A stretch of DNA of 64,000 nucleotides from an uncultured Gammaproteobacteria bacterium (GTDB lineage Bacteria > Patescibacteriota > Patescibacteriia > Magasanikbacterales > GWA2-37-8). This document shows, in pieces, positions 1 to 9,179 of this stretch (position 1 is the stretch's first letter; every line of letters begins with the position of its first letter). A program made the translations under genes and the position numbers. The stretch is from contig CAZQUL010000001.1 in the NCBI GenBank assembly GCA_964596525.1, positions 601,956-665,955 of the forward strand, written 5' to 3'. The notes under the pieces are model-generated. The model did no database searches. It had not been told where the DNA came from and worked only from the letters and a program-made list of their open reading frames with translations.

Positions 1-984
1 TTTCTGCCTAAACAAGAAATAGGTAAATGCACGGTCTCTCTCATTGATAGGAATTAAGTTCGCAACTCGTTGGTTTAAAAGATAATTTTCACCATAAACA
101 ACACAAACACGGCCTACGTTGCCAGTAAGAGAAAGCAAAATATCTCCATCCTTTAGTTGACAATGTGCTGGTACTTTCGCCGGTATTTCACTGAGAGAGT
201 CGGTGCATTCAGTTACAAAGTATCCATCCTGAACATTTTTTATAGTAACTAACTTATGGCTTCCATCTTCATCAAACATACTGCTATGAAACGGGAATCC
301 CGATTCGACTCTTATCAAATCTGAAACCTTGCCAATACTCCAACCTTTCGGCAATTCATCACCGAAGTCAACAAACCATTTTTTAAACAACGTGATTGCC
401 AGCTTTTCCAGATTGGCATTGATTTTGTGATTAATCTCTATTTTATCGTCGAGAGAGGAAAGAATACCTGTTATTAGTTTTCTTTCGTCTGGTGTTGGAA
501 TGAGTACCTGAATGTTCTTAAAAGTATCTCTTGTGATCGTATCAAAAACAGCACCATGAGATTTTTGTTTAAAATCGGAAATATAATTTTTAAGAAGATA
601 ATATAGAAAGTCGTTGGCTATCTCATCTTTTGCACTTAACCCATAGCATGATTGGTTGAAAGCCATATCCCTGCCGATTTGGGCAATAACTCCAACCGTT
701 CCACGAGCAGAAATAATTATTTGGCCTTTCTTTAAAATCTGTGTATTGCTTTCATTAAGCCCTTTTTCTGTTATTTTTCTTTCTGAATCGTAAACAAAAC
801 GCTGTCCATTGTTGAAATCTGTAACAGAAAGCCAAGGAATATCTCCGTCCCAATAATCGGTATTGCGTGTGTTTGGTGTTCCACCGCCAAGAATATCTAC
901 AATGTCGAAAATTGATGATATTTTCCAATCATTTGCTGTATTTCGATCATCTTTTTCAATTTTTGTGGCGATTTCCGTTTTCAT
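1..984 (-). CDS. hsdS: Type I restriction-modification specificity subunit (3' end runs off the window)
   Basis: Not in the ORF track because it is open at the window edge. Manual translation from ATG 984 gives MKTEIATKIEKDDRNTANDWKISSIFDIVDILGGGTPNTRNTDYWDGDIPWLSVTD, a classic HsdS TRD start, downstream of hsdM. Confidence 0.93.
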   Translation of the reverse strand, partial: MKTEIATKIEKDDRNTANDWKISSIFDIVDILGGGTPNTRNTDYWDGDIPWLSVTDFNNGQRFVYDSERKITEKGLNESNTQILKKGQIIISARGTVGVIAQIGRDMAFNQSCYGLSAKDEIANDFLYYLLKNYISDFKQKSHGAVFDTITRDTFKNIQVLIPTPDERKLITGILSSLDDKIEINHKINANLEKLAITLFKKWFVDFGDELPKGWSIGKVSDLIRVESGFPFHSSMFDEDGSHKLVTIKNVQDGYFVTECTDSLSEIPAKVPAHCQLKDGDILLSLTGNVGRVCVVYGENYLLNQRVANLIPINERDRAFTYFLFRQK

Positions 985-986
985 AA

Positions 987-1322
987 TTAAATTAAATTTT
1001 TCACGATTAGAAACCCGAATGAACAGATAAATATAATGCCGATAGCGAGCATAAGGCCTGTTATTGGATTATGGTGAATTTCTTTCCAAGAAATTAATGC
1101 TGTAGGTCCGGTATAAACGTTCGGCGGCTTAATTGTTGAAAATTTCTTTTCGGCGATCCAATAAGAGACACTAATAAGTAACATTCCAATTCCGAGACCG
1201 AATAGATGTTTGTTTTGTATAAATTCGGCTGTGACAGTAAGTGACATAAAAATAGCCCCCACTCCAAGCAGAAGTATAACTTTCCACCAAGTATCTATTT
1301 TTAAGCTTTCCAAAAATTTCAT
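987..1322 (-). CDS. Small 3-TM membrane protein inserted between hsdM and hsdS
   Basis: 111-aa ORF with three hydrophobic segments and 2-nt gaps to both neighbours. Confidence 0.75.
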   Translation of the reverse strand: MKFLESLKIDTWWKVILLLGVGAIFMSLTVTAEFIQNKHLFGLGIGMLLISVSYWIAEKKFSTIKPPNVYTGPTALISWKEIHHNPITGLMLAIGIIFICSFGFLIVKNLI

Positions 1323-1324
1323 AA

Positions 1325-2878
1325 CTATTTTATTTCAAAACCAATACTCTTGAGATTTTTGCTTATACGTTCCTCAAGAATTTTTGATTGTTTAAATTGA
1401 TCTGAAAGTTCGGCAGTGACCTTGGTCATTTTTTCCTCGAAAGTACCATCATCCTCTTCCACATAATCAGAACCAACGTAACGGCCTGGAGTTAGAACAA
1501 ATCCGCTCTTTTCAACTTCTTCAATCTTGGCCGCTTTACAAAAACCCTTAACATCCTCGTATTTGCCATTGATTGTTCGCCAAGCGTGATAAACGCCGGT
1601 GATCTTTTTTAAGTCATCGTCGGTAAGCTCGCGATTTTTGCGAGTGACCATTGTTCCCATTTTACGAGCATCAATAAAAAGAATCTCATCGTGACGATTA
1701 CGGAATTTGTGGTCGTAGCGATCACGAGAAACAAACCAAAGACACGCTGGAATTTGTGTCGTATAGAAAAGCTGGCTTGGGAGAGCGACTATACAGTCAA
1801 CTAAACCATTCTGAATAAGGCTCTTTCTGATCTCACCTTCGCCGGAAGTATTTGATGATAGTGATCCATTAGCCAAAACAAAACCGGCAATACCAGTGGG
1901 AGCAAGGTGATGGATCATGTGTTGAATCCAAGCGTAGTTTGCGTTGCCAGCTGATGGTGTGCCGTATTTCCAACGCACGTCATCTTTTAAGCGTTCGCCA
2001 CCCCAGTCGCTAATGTTGAACGGCGGATTCGCCAAAATAAAATCTGCTTTTAAATCTTTGTGTAGATCGTTATGGAAAGTGTCAGCGTTGTTCGGTCCGA
2101 GATTACCTTCAATGCCACGAATAGCAAGGTTCATCTTGCATAGTCTCCATGTGGTCGGATTTGATTCCTGACCGTAAATGGCCAAGTCATGAGTTTGACC
2201 GCCGTGTGCTTCCACGAATTTCTCACTCTGCACGAACATACCACCCGAACCGCAACAAGGATCGTAAACACGACCTTTGAACGGTTCGATCATTTCAACA
2301 AGAAGTTTGACGACAGACTGGGGAGTAAAAAATTCGCCTCCGCCTTTTCCTTCGGCTGATGCGAATCTACCCAAGAAGTATTCATAAACACGACCAAGCA
2401 CGTCTTTGCTTCGGCTGGCTTTATCGCCAAGACCAATCGTACTGATAAGATCAATCAATTCTCCGAGCCTGACTTTATCAAGATCGGGACGAGCGTAATT
2501 TTTGGCCAATACACCTTTAAGGCTTGGATTATCCTTCTCAATCGCAATCATGGCATCGTCAAGCATCTTGCCAATCTCCGGCTTTTTGGCGTTGGCCTTC
2601 AAATATTCCCAGCGAGATTCCTGTGGCACCCAAAATACACCCTCGGCAAGGTAAGCATCCTTGTCTTCTTCTTGGCCGGTGTAATAGTCTTTGTCGCTTT
2701 TAATTTCATTAAAAACTTCCTCAAAAGAGTCGGAAATATATTTGAGGAAAATCAAACCAAGAACCACGTGCTTATATTCAGCCGGGTCCATATTGTTTCG
2801 CATTTTATCAGCCGCCGACCAAAGGGTCTCTTCAAAACCTATATTCGCTCCATTGGTTTTTTTAGGTTGTTTTGCCAT
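1325..2878 (-). CDS. hsdM: Type I R-M N6-adenine methyltransferase subunit
   Basis: [10 protein letters not shown]-terminus, [16 protein letters not shown] (motif I) and ANPPFN (motif IV). Confidence 0.97.
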   Translation of the reverse strand: MAKQPKKTNGANIGFEETLWSAADKMRNNMDPAEYKHVVLGLIFLKYISDSFEEVFNEIKSDKDYYTGQEEDKDAYLAEGVFWVPQESRWEYLKANAKKPEIGKMLDDAMIAIEKDNPSLKGVLAKNYARPDLDKVRLGELIDLISTIGLGDKASRSKDVLGRVYEYFLGRFASAEGKGGGEFFTPQSVVKLLVEMIEPFKGRVYDPCCGSGGMFVQSEKFVEAHGGQTHDLAIYGQESNPTTWRLCKMNLAIRGIEGNLGPNNADTFHNDLHKDLKADFILANPPFNISDWGGERLKDDVRWKYGTPSAGNANYAWIQHMIHHLAPTGIAGFVLANGSLSSNTSGEGEIRKSLIQNGLVDCIVALPSQLFYTTQIPACLWFVSRDRYDHKFRNRHDEILFIDARKMGTMVTRKNRELTDDDLKKITGVYHAWRTINGKYEDVKGFCKAAKIEEVEKSGFVLTPGRYVGSDYVEEDDGTFEEKMTKVTAELSDQFKQSKILEERISKNLKSIGFEIK

Positions 2879-2929
2879 AATGTTTGATTGCTTATTTAAG
2901 CCCTAATTGTACAGCTTCATTGTACCTCC

Positions 2930-2984
2930 TTGACTATGATATGTCAATAATATATACTGGAAGTGGGAGAATATCCAACTTCCA
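2930..2984 (+). promoter_or_regulatory. Sigma70 promoter and inverted-repeat operator of the abiE operon
   Basis: TTGACT(2930)-N17-TATACT(2953), followed by the inverted repeat TGGAAGTGGGA/TCCAACTTCCA (2958-2984). AbiEi antitoxins are known to autorepress through promoter inverted repeats. Confidence 0.7.
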
Positions 2985-2999
2985 TCAAATAAACTCAAT

Positions 3000-3572
3000 A
3001 TGGACAGCTTAATTGCAAAATTATATCAATCTCCGAAAACGATCCTGAACAATAAGGATTTGGCTTTAATTTGGGAGGAAAACGATCCGATCAAACTAAA
3101 GGATAAAATAGCCTATTATGTGAGGCAGGGTGCTTTAATCCGCTTAACAAGAGGTGTTTTTGCCAAGGATAAGAATTTTAATGCAAGAGAATTGGCAACC
3201 AGTCTCTACACCCCCTCTTATGTCAGCTTCGAAACTGTTCTCCGGGAAGCTGGGGTGATTTTCCAGCACTACGATACGATATTTGTTGTGGCTAAGTGGC
3301 CGAAAACCATAACCGTAGATAAATACACTTTTACCTTCAGAAAACTGAAAGACACAATCTTGTTCAATTCGGCCGGTGTTATCAGCAAGGACAACTACAG
3401 CATCGCCACTCCGGAACGAGCCTTCTTGGATATGATTTATTTATTCCCGAACTACTACTTCGATAACCTGAAGCCAATCAACTGGGAAAAGTGTGAGGAG
3501 TTGGTCAAAATATATAACAACAAGGAATTGATAAAACGCTTGAATAAATACAAGAAAACCTATGCTCAATAG
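3000..3572 (+). CDS. abiEi: AbiEi-family type IV antitoxin / transcriptional regulator
   Basis: N-terminal wHTH (LIRLTRGVF), PSYVSFETVL and ATPERAFLDMIY motifs; overlaps the toxin gene. Confidence 0.85.
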   Translation: MDSLIAKLYQSPKTILNNKDLALIWEENDPIKLKDKIAYYVRQGALIRLTRGVFAKDKNFNARELATSLYTPSYVSFETVLREAGVIFQHYDTIFVVAKWPKTITVDKYTFTFRKLKDTILFNSAGVISKDNYSIATPERAFLDMIYLFPNYYFDNLKPINWEKCEELVKIYNNKELIKRLNKYKKTYAQ

Positions 3573-4275
3573 AGAAAAACACCAATTAATAATGGGACAG
3601 ATTCTGAAAGACATTTATACCGATGTCTCTATCAGTCCGCTCTTGGGATTCAAAGGCGGTACTTCTGCTTATTTCTTTTACGAACTGCCGAGATTCTCGG
3701 TGGACTTGGATTTTGATTTGCTGGAAGTAACCGAGGAAAACCAAAAGCTGGTTTTTGAAAAGGTGGTCGCCATTTTAAGCAAGTACGGCCAGATCAAGGA
3801 TCAGTACATCAAAAGATTTACAGTATTTGCCTTACTTTCCTACGGTGACGAGGATCATAACATCAAGGTTGAGATTAATGTTCGAAAGCTGGTAGAAAAC
3901 ATCAAAGAAAGCTACGAGCTGAAAGAATATCTCGGCATTTCAATGTTTGTCGCCAAAAAAGACTATCTGTTCGCAGGCAAGCTCTCGGCTTTGACGCTCC
4001 GAACCGAAACCGCCATGAGAGATATTTTTGATATTCACTACTTTGCCAAGAATCACTGGGATATCAATGCTGAAGTGGTTAAAAATCTGACCGGTAAAAG
4101 CGTGAAAGAATACTTGCCGGATTGTATTGCTTACATCGAGAAAATAAAGGACAGTCAGATATTGCAAGGACTGGGCGAACTTATCGACACCGAAAAGCAA
4201 AAGGATTGGGTCCGCAATCACTTGAAAGCTGATGCGGTTTTCATGCTGAAAAATTACATGTCAGTGTTAAAATAA
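3562..4275 (+). CDS. abiEii: AbiEii-family nucleotidyltransferase toxin
   Basis: FKGGT...RFSVDLDF, K...R and RDIFDI motifs. Confidence 0.9.
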   Translation: MLNREKHQLIMGQILKDIYTDVSISPLLGFKGGTSAYFFYELPRFSVDLDFDLLEVTEENQKLVFEKVVAILSKYGQIKDQYIKRFTVFALLSYGDEDHNIKVEINVRKLVENIKESYELKEYLGISMFVAKKDYLFAGKLSALTLRTETAMRDIFDIHYFAKNHWDINAEVVKNLTGKSVKEYLPDCIAYIEKIKDSQILQGLGELIDTEKQKDWVRNHLKADAVFMLKNYMSVLK

Positions 4276-4283
4276 AAAACATT

Positions 4284-4790
4284 ATGGTTAATAAGCAAAA
4301 CAACACATCCGAACCGGAAAAAGAAAAAAGATACCTCAAAAAGTTTGAGATTGTTGAAACCGATGTCGAACTGCCGATTCAAGGACAGGTCCAAGACCCG
4401 GAAGATTTGTATAAATTTCTTAAAGACTTGGAAAACGAAAACGTTTCTAAGGTTATTGGAATTTATCTCGATGACAAAAACCTGTTCCTCGGCCATCAGG
4501 TATTTCTCGGCATGACATCGAAAATTTTTGATACGCAACTTCTGTACCACTATTACGCATTATTTTTGGCAAAGAAGTTTATTCTTCTGATTAATCACCC
4601 AGACTCCATTGACCCGACACCGGATGATGCCGATAAGAAGCTGATGCGAGCATTGCAAGCGGACGCAGGGGTGCTCTCGTTCAAGCCGTTTTTTGCCGAT
4701 TTTATTATCGTGGCCAAGAGATCATACTTTAGTATGGCCATGAATGATGGTACCGCCGGTCACGGCCATCAGCACGTCATCAATGAATAA
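4284..4790 (+). CDS. RadC-like JAB/MPN domain protein with degenerate metal motif
   Basis: IYLDDKN...LLINHPDSIDPTPDDAD...DFII resembles RadC (HNHPSG..PS..D...DHII). Confidence 0.65.
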   Translation: MVNKQNNTSEPEKEKRYLKKFEIVETDVELPIQGQVQDPEDLYKFLKDLENENVSKVIGIYLDDKNLFLGHQVFLGMTSKIFDTQLLYHYYALFLAKKFILLINHPDSIDPTPDDADKKLMRALQADAGVLSFKPFFADFIIVAKRSYFSMAMNDGTAGHGHQHVINE

Positions 4791-5013
4791 TAAAACAACT
4801 ATGGACGGTGGAGAAAAATACATGGTAGGTGTCTGGATCGTGGGAGTCATCTCCTTTATAGCGATTTGGATATACGCCCTGGCTTCATGGGGATTTTTAC
4901 TGGGTTTGATGTTTGGCTGGATACCAGCTCTAATCGGCGGAACTATTCTCGGTTTCATCTGGCCATTGGTGGTGCTGGCGGTTATCGGAATTATTATCCT
5001 GATAGCAAAATAG
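4783..5013 (+). CDS. Small membrane protein
   Basis: Hydrophobic Gly/Trp-rich ORF. ATG 4783 overlaps the end of the JAB gene. Confidence 0.65.
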   Translation: MNNKTTMDGGEKYMVGVWIVGVISFIAIWIYALASWGFLLGLMFGWIPALIGGTILGFIWPLVVLAVIGIIILIAK

Positions 5014-5045
5014 TCCCGTTTATTATTTATGCACAGCTGGAACTA

Positions 5046-5074
5046 TTGTTGCTTTTTTCAAAAAGGAGTACAAT
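5046..5074 (+). promoter_or_regulatory. Putative promoter of the phage late/packaging operon leader
   Basis: TTGTTG-N17-TACAAT. Confidence 0.5.
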
Positions 5075-5097
5075 GCAATTAACAACTAAATAAATTT

Positions 5098-5321
5098 ATG
5101 CCTTACGAGGCATCCTGAAAGGAATTCCGGGTTCAAGAGCTCGTGATCCATTATCACTTTTTGTGGTAATCGGTCACGAGCTTTTTTGTTTGGTTGTTGC
5201 CAGCTCTCTGTCACTCCTTGAAAAGGTCGACATCACCATCTCGCATAATCGACCTCACACTGCCCGAGCTCACGGGTTCGGGTACATAAAAATATTGCGA
5301 GAGATGTAGGAGTGCCAGAGA
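5098..5321 (+). ncRNA. Structured leader RNA with internal terminator upstream of the phage methylase
   Basis: UACG-capped hairpin at 5098-5113; long stem AGCTCGTGA/TCACGAGCT plus U-tract at 5138-5187; nested stems at 5205-5321. Confidence 0.5.
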
Positions 5322-5332
5322 ATTGAAAATTT

Positions 5333-6352
5333 ATGTTCAGCAAATTTCAAGCATTGCCGAGTTACTTCGGCGGAAAAAGAAAATTGGTCAAGCACATTTT
5401 TAAACCCATCAAAAAGACCGAGGGAGTTTTTATTGATGCCTTCTTGGGAGGCGGATCAGTAAGCCTCTACGCCAAAGCCAAAGGATACAAAGTGATATCA
5501 AACGACATTGCCTTCCGGTCCGTAATTATCGGCCGAGCAATCATCGCCAACAATTCCGTAAAGCTTGAATCCGAGGATCTGGCCAGACTGTTCTTTGAAA
5601 CCAAGAATGACGGCTTTATAAAGAAAAACTACTGCCCGAAAGTATTCACCAGCAAAATATCTGACTTTTTAGATAACGCCTTTGCATCCGCCAACAAGGT
5701 GGAAAATGATACTAAACGATACCTTCTGCTCCATTTATTGATTAAGTTTATTCTTTCGTGCCGACAATTTGGAAAATTTACGCATACCCGGGACACGCTG
5801 GACTTGGAAGCCCGAAAATGGGAGTGGCCTCTCCGGTCCAAGTCTCATGCACCGAAAAACCTGCGGATGATCCAAAACCCGATGCTTACTTTGGAAAAAT
5901 TAAAAGATGAAATAAACCATGGCATCTTTGATAACCATCAGGATAACGAAATACACCAAAAGGACGTGTTTGATTTCCTCAAGACCGTTCAGGGTGATGT
6001 TGTTTATTTTGATCCTCCTTACCCTGGCTCTTCTGCCTATGAAGTCGAGTACGGGATTTTAGACAACATCCTCGCCAATAAAAAGCTGGATAACAAACCG
6101 AGCGGATTCTCCAACAACGATGCCGATGAATTCTTGGAAAAAATGTTTGAATCGGCCAAGCACATTCCGCAGTGGATCATTTCGCTCGGCCAAAATAAAG
6201 AGGACGTGGGAGTAAAGCCGGAAAAGCTGTTGGCGATGGTGCAAAAGTACCGCAAAGCCGAAGTGCAGATGATGGAACACAAGTGGAGCGTGGCCAACGC
6301 CGGAGGTCGAAACCAGAGCAACAACATCGAATACATGATCGTAACTTTATGA
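5333..6352 (+). CDS. DNA adenine methyltransferase (D12/Dam-like)
   Basis: YFGGKRKL, DAFLGGGSVS and YFDPPY motifs. Confidence 0.9.
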   Translation: MFSKFQALPSYFGGKRKLVKHIFKPIKKTEGVFIDAFLGGGSVSLYAKAKGYKVISNDIAFRSVIIGRAIIANNSVKLESEDLARLFFETKNDGFIKKNYCPKVFTSKISDFLDNAFASANKVENDTKRYLLLHLLIKFILSCRQFGKFTHTRDTLDLEARKWEWPLRSKSHAPKNLRMIQNPMLTLEKLKDEINHGIFDNHQDNEIHQKDVFDFLKTVQGDVVYFDPPYPGSSAYEVEYGILDNILANKKLDNKPSGFSNNDADEFLEKMFESAKHIPQWIISLGQNKEDVGVKPEKLLAMVQKYRKAEVQMMEHKWSVANAGGRNQSNNIEYMIVTL

Positions 6353-7158
6353 AAAAAGAAAAAACCGAAATCAAAACAGTGAAAATAAAAGAGTGCGTTC
6401 CGAACTGGTGGAATCCGAACGAAATGAACGCACGCCAATTTACCTCGCTGAAAAAAGCTCTGACCAAATACGGGCAGACCAAACCGATCCAAGTCGGTGT
6501 CTGGCCGAACATGAAAGTCAAAGACGGCTACGTGATCGTGGGAGGTTATCACACTTGGAAAGTGCTCGGCGAACTGGGCGAAGCCGAGATTGAAGCCAAT
6601 ATCCACAATTTCAAGAATGAGGACGAAGCCAAGCTTTATGGATTGACCGATAACATTCACGGATCTAACCAGCAAATAAAACTCGGCAAGCTGGCCTACG
6701 AGCTGACCCAAAACGGATATTCAATCAAAGATATTGCCCAGAGTCTTGGCGAGGAGGATATCAACGTGAAAGATGCTCTCGACTTAGTGAAAGATGAAAT
6801 AGAAAAGAAAATGATTGAGCTTAAAAAAGCCGAGCGAGAAAACACTGTCGTTTTGAATTTTATCGTAGACAAAGACCCGGAAGCATCAGCTGATGAATTT
6901 ATAAAAGCCGTGACTGTATTTGCGAAAGCAAAAGGCGTAAAGGTCGAGAAAGCAGTCAAAGATATTAATAAGCAAAGAGAGACTATCGCCCTAATGAGTT
7001 TCAATGTGACCAATCCGCAAAAGGGCGTGATAGACGAAGCGTTAAATACACTGTCAAAAGAAACAAAAATGACCGAGAGTGAGGCGATCGCCGAGGTGTG
7101 TAGCCGATTTATAAATACACAAAACGGCAACATTCAGAAACAAGATACAACAAAATGA
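6349..7158 (+). CDS. ParB/Srx-like N-terminal domain protein
   Basis: PNWWNPNEM...GQTKPI...IVGGYH.W. ATGA overlap with the methylase stop supports start 6349. Confidence 0.8.
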   Translation: MKKEKTEIKTVKIKECVPNWWNPNEMNARQFTSLKKALTKYGQTKPIQVGVWPNMKVKDGYVIVGGYHTWKVLGELGEAEIEANIHNFKNEDEAKLYGLTDNIHGSNQQIKLGKLAYELTQNGYSIKDIAQSLGEEDINVKDALDLVKDEIEKKMIELKKAERENTVVLNFIVDKDPEASADEFIKAVTVFAKAKGVKVEKAVKDINKQRETIALMSFNVTNPQKGVIDEALNTLSKETKMTESEAIAEVCSRFINTQNGNIQKQDTTK

Positions 7159-7577
7159 GCAAAAAAGCCGACATCAAGAATGCAAAGTATCAAGAAGCGA
7201 TTCGCCTTAAGTATAACGGTGAGTCTTATCCTGTTATTGCCCGAAAGCTTAAAACCCCGGTCTCGACGGTCGAAAAATGGTTCGCTTTTGGCGGTCTGCT
7301 TAAGGAGGAATACGAACAATACCGAGATGAACAAAACGAAGTCAGAAAATCACAAGCCCAATGGATCATGCACAAGAGCGTTGAAACCGCCGCTTCAATG
7401 CTCGTCGCCCTTATGGGCAGTCCCGATGACGGCGTAAAATTTCGCGCGTGCAAAGAGATACTCGACCGTGAACTCGGAAGCCCCAAAGAAACGATCGAGC
7501 ACAAGGGATTATATGGAACAGGCCTAAGTTATGAACAAATACTCAGAAAAGCCAGAGAGAGACCACCCGACGGTTAA
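7155..7577 (+). CDS. terS: Terminase small subunit (HTH)
   Basis: N-terminal HTH and ACKEILDRELG motif; immediately upstream of TerL. Confidence 0.7.
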   Translation: MSKKADIKNAKYQEAIRLKYNGESYPVIARKLKTPVSTVEKWFAFGGLLKEEYEQYRDEQNEVRKSQAQWIMHKSVETAASMLVALMGSPDDGVKFRACKEILDRELGSPKETIEHKGLYGTGLSYEQILRKARERPPDG

Positions 7578-9177
7578 AACGCTGGTGGATTTCGTGAATT
7601 TTTTCGACGCTGATCCGAGAGAATTCATCGAGGAGTGCCTGTTCATAAAGACCAAAGACCAGCAGACTGTTCCTTTAAATTTTAATACCGCTCAATCCCT
7701 GATTTACAAGAGAATCAAACAGGTGAAAGCCCAAAAGAAGCCGATCCGAATGATTATTCTTAAGGCCAGACAAGAGGGCGTGTCCACGCTTTGCGAGGGT
7801 TTGATATTCGAACGGACAGCGAGGTTTGAAAACACCAATTCATTGATCGTTGCCCACGAACCCGAATCAACCGATGCGATATTCTCAATGAGCAAACTGT
7901 TCTACGACCTCCTGCCGTTTGATGTTAAGCCGATGCGACGGTACGACAACAAAAAGCAGATGGTCTTAGAGAATCCGGATGAGAAAGGCCGAACCAACAA
8001 TCCCGGACTGCGAAGCCGAATGGTCATATCAACCGCCGACAAGACAAAAATCGGTAGAGGTCTGACCATCCACAACTTCCACGGGTCAGAGGTGGCCTTT
8101 TGGAAAAACGCCAAGGCCTTGATGCTCTCAGTACTGCAATCAATTCCGAGTCTGCCAAACACCGCTGTCTTTCTTGAATCAACCGCTAATGGCTTCGGAG
8201 GTGACGGCGAATATTTCTACCAAATGGTGCAAGATGCCCTGGCTGGTAAGAACGAATTTGAGCTTATATTCCTGCCATGGCACCTGATGCCAGAATACAG
8301 CCAACCGTTCGCCAATGAGGCCGATAAAAAGAAGTTTGCCGAAACACTGGATGAATGCGAGAAAGAATTGCTGGCTAAAGAGAATCTGAAATATGAACAG
8401 CTGAAATGGCGTAGATGGGCAATCCAAAACCTCTGCGGTGGCGACACTGACAAATTCAAACAAGAATACCCAGCCACCATCGAGGAATCATTCGTTGCTT
8501 CAAGCAAGGCAGTAATCCCGAAGCAGTACATCGAAGCCCAGAGCAAATTCGTAAGGCAACCGATAAGAAAGCTGGATGACATCCTGATATACGAGGAACC
8601 TAATCTGAACCATTTCTACAGCTTGGGTGCCGATCCGGCCGAGGGTATCGGACAAGACGACTCGGCGATCACAATCATCGACAAGATGACCGGACGAGAA
8701 GTCGGAAGCTACATCGGGCAGATACAGCCAGACTTATTCGCCAAGAAAATCAGACAATCGGCCGAACTGTTCAATAACGCTCTGGCAGTAATCGAAATAA
8801 ACAATCACGGACTGGCGGTAATAAACGCTCTCAAGACCGAATACTCAAACATCTACCAACGGACGGTCTTTGATAAAGCCACGAACACCAAGAGAAAAGA
8901 GCTGGGATGGAAAACGAGCCAAACCACCAAACCTCTGATGGTCGATGACTTTATAGCCGGATTGCGTGACGATGACATCGGACTATCAAGCCAAGCCACT
9001 GTCAGCCAGATGATGACATTCGTTCATACCAGCGAAAGCAACAAATACGGCATGGGAGCGGAAACCGGACAAAAAGACGATGCTTTAATTTCGGCAATGC
9101 TCGCCTGGCAAGGATTAAAAGAACTGCCAAGCGAGATGCCAATGTCACGAAAAGGTCGAACAATAAAACTTTATTAA
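7531..9177 (+). CDS. terL: Terminase large subunit
   Basis: ILKARQEGVST (Walker A), SEVAFW (Walker B), ESTANG coupling motif, nuclease GADPAEG..D and DDALIS. Confidence 0.95.
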   Translation: MNKYSEKPERDHPTVKTLVDFVNFFDADPREFIEECLFIKTKDQQTVPLNFNTAQSLIYKRIKQVKAQKKPIRMIILKARQEGVSTLCEGLIFERTARFENTNSLIVAHEPESTDAIFSMSKLFYDLLPFDVKPMRRYDNKKQMVLENPDEKGRTNNPGLRSRMVISTADKTKIGRGLTIHNFHGSEVAFWKNAKALMLSVLQSIPSLPNTAVFLESTANGFGGDGEYFYQMVQDALAGKNEFELIFLPWHLMPEYSQPFANEADKKKFAETLDECEKELLAKENLKYEQLKWRRWAIQNLCGGDTDKFKQEYPATIEESFVASSKAVIPKQYIEAQSKFVRQPIRKLDDILIYEEPNLNHFYSLGADPAEGIGQDDSAITIIDKMTGREVGSYIGQIQPDLFAKKIRQSAELFNNALAVIEINNHGLAVINALKTEYSNIYQRTVFDKATNTKRKELGWKTSQTTKPLMVDDFIAGLRDDDIGLSSQATVSQMMTFVHTSESNKYGMGAETGQKDDALISAMLAWQGLKELPSEMPMSRKGRTIKLY

Positions 9178-9179
9178 AT

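Noticed and set aside
7531-7577. Programmed TerS-TerL frameshift fusion
   Set aside because: The 47-nt overlap has an ATG in a context like other phage starts and no clear slippery heptamer.
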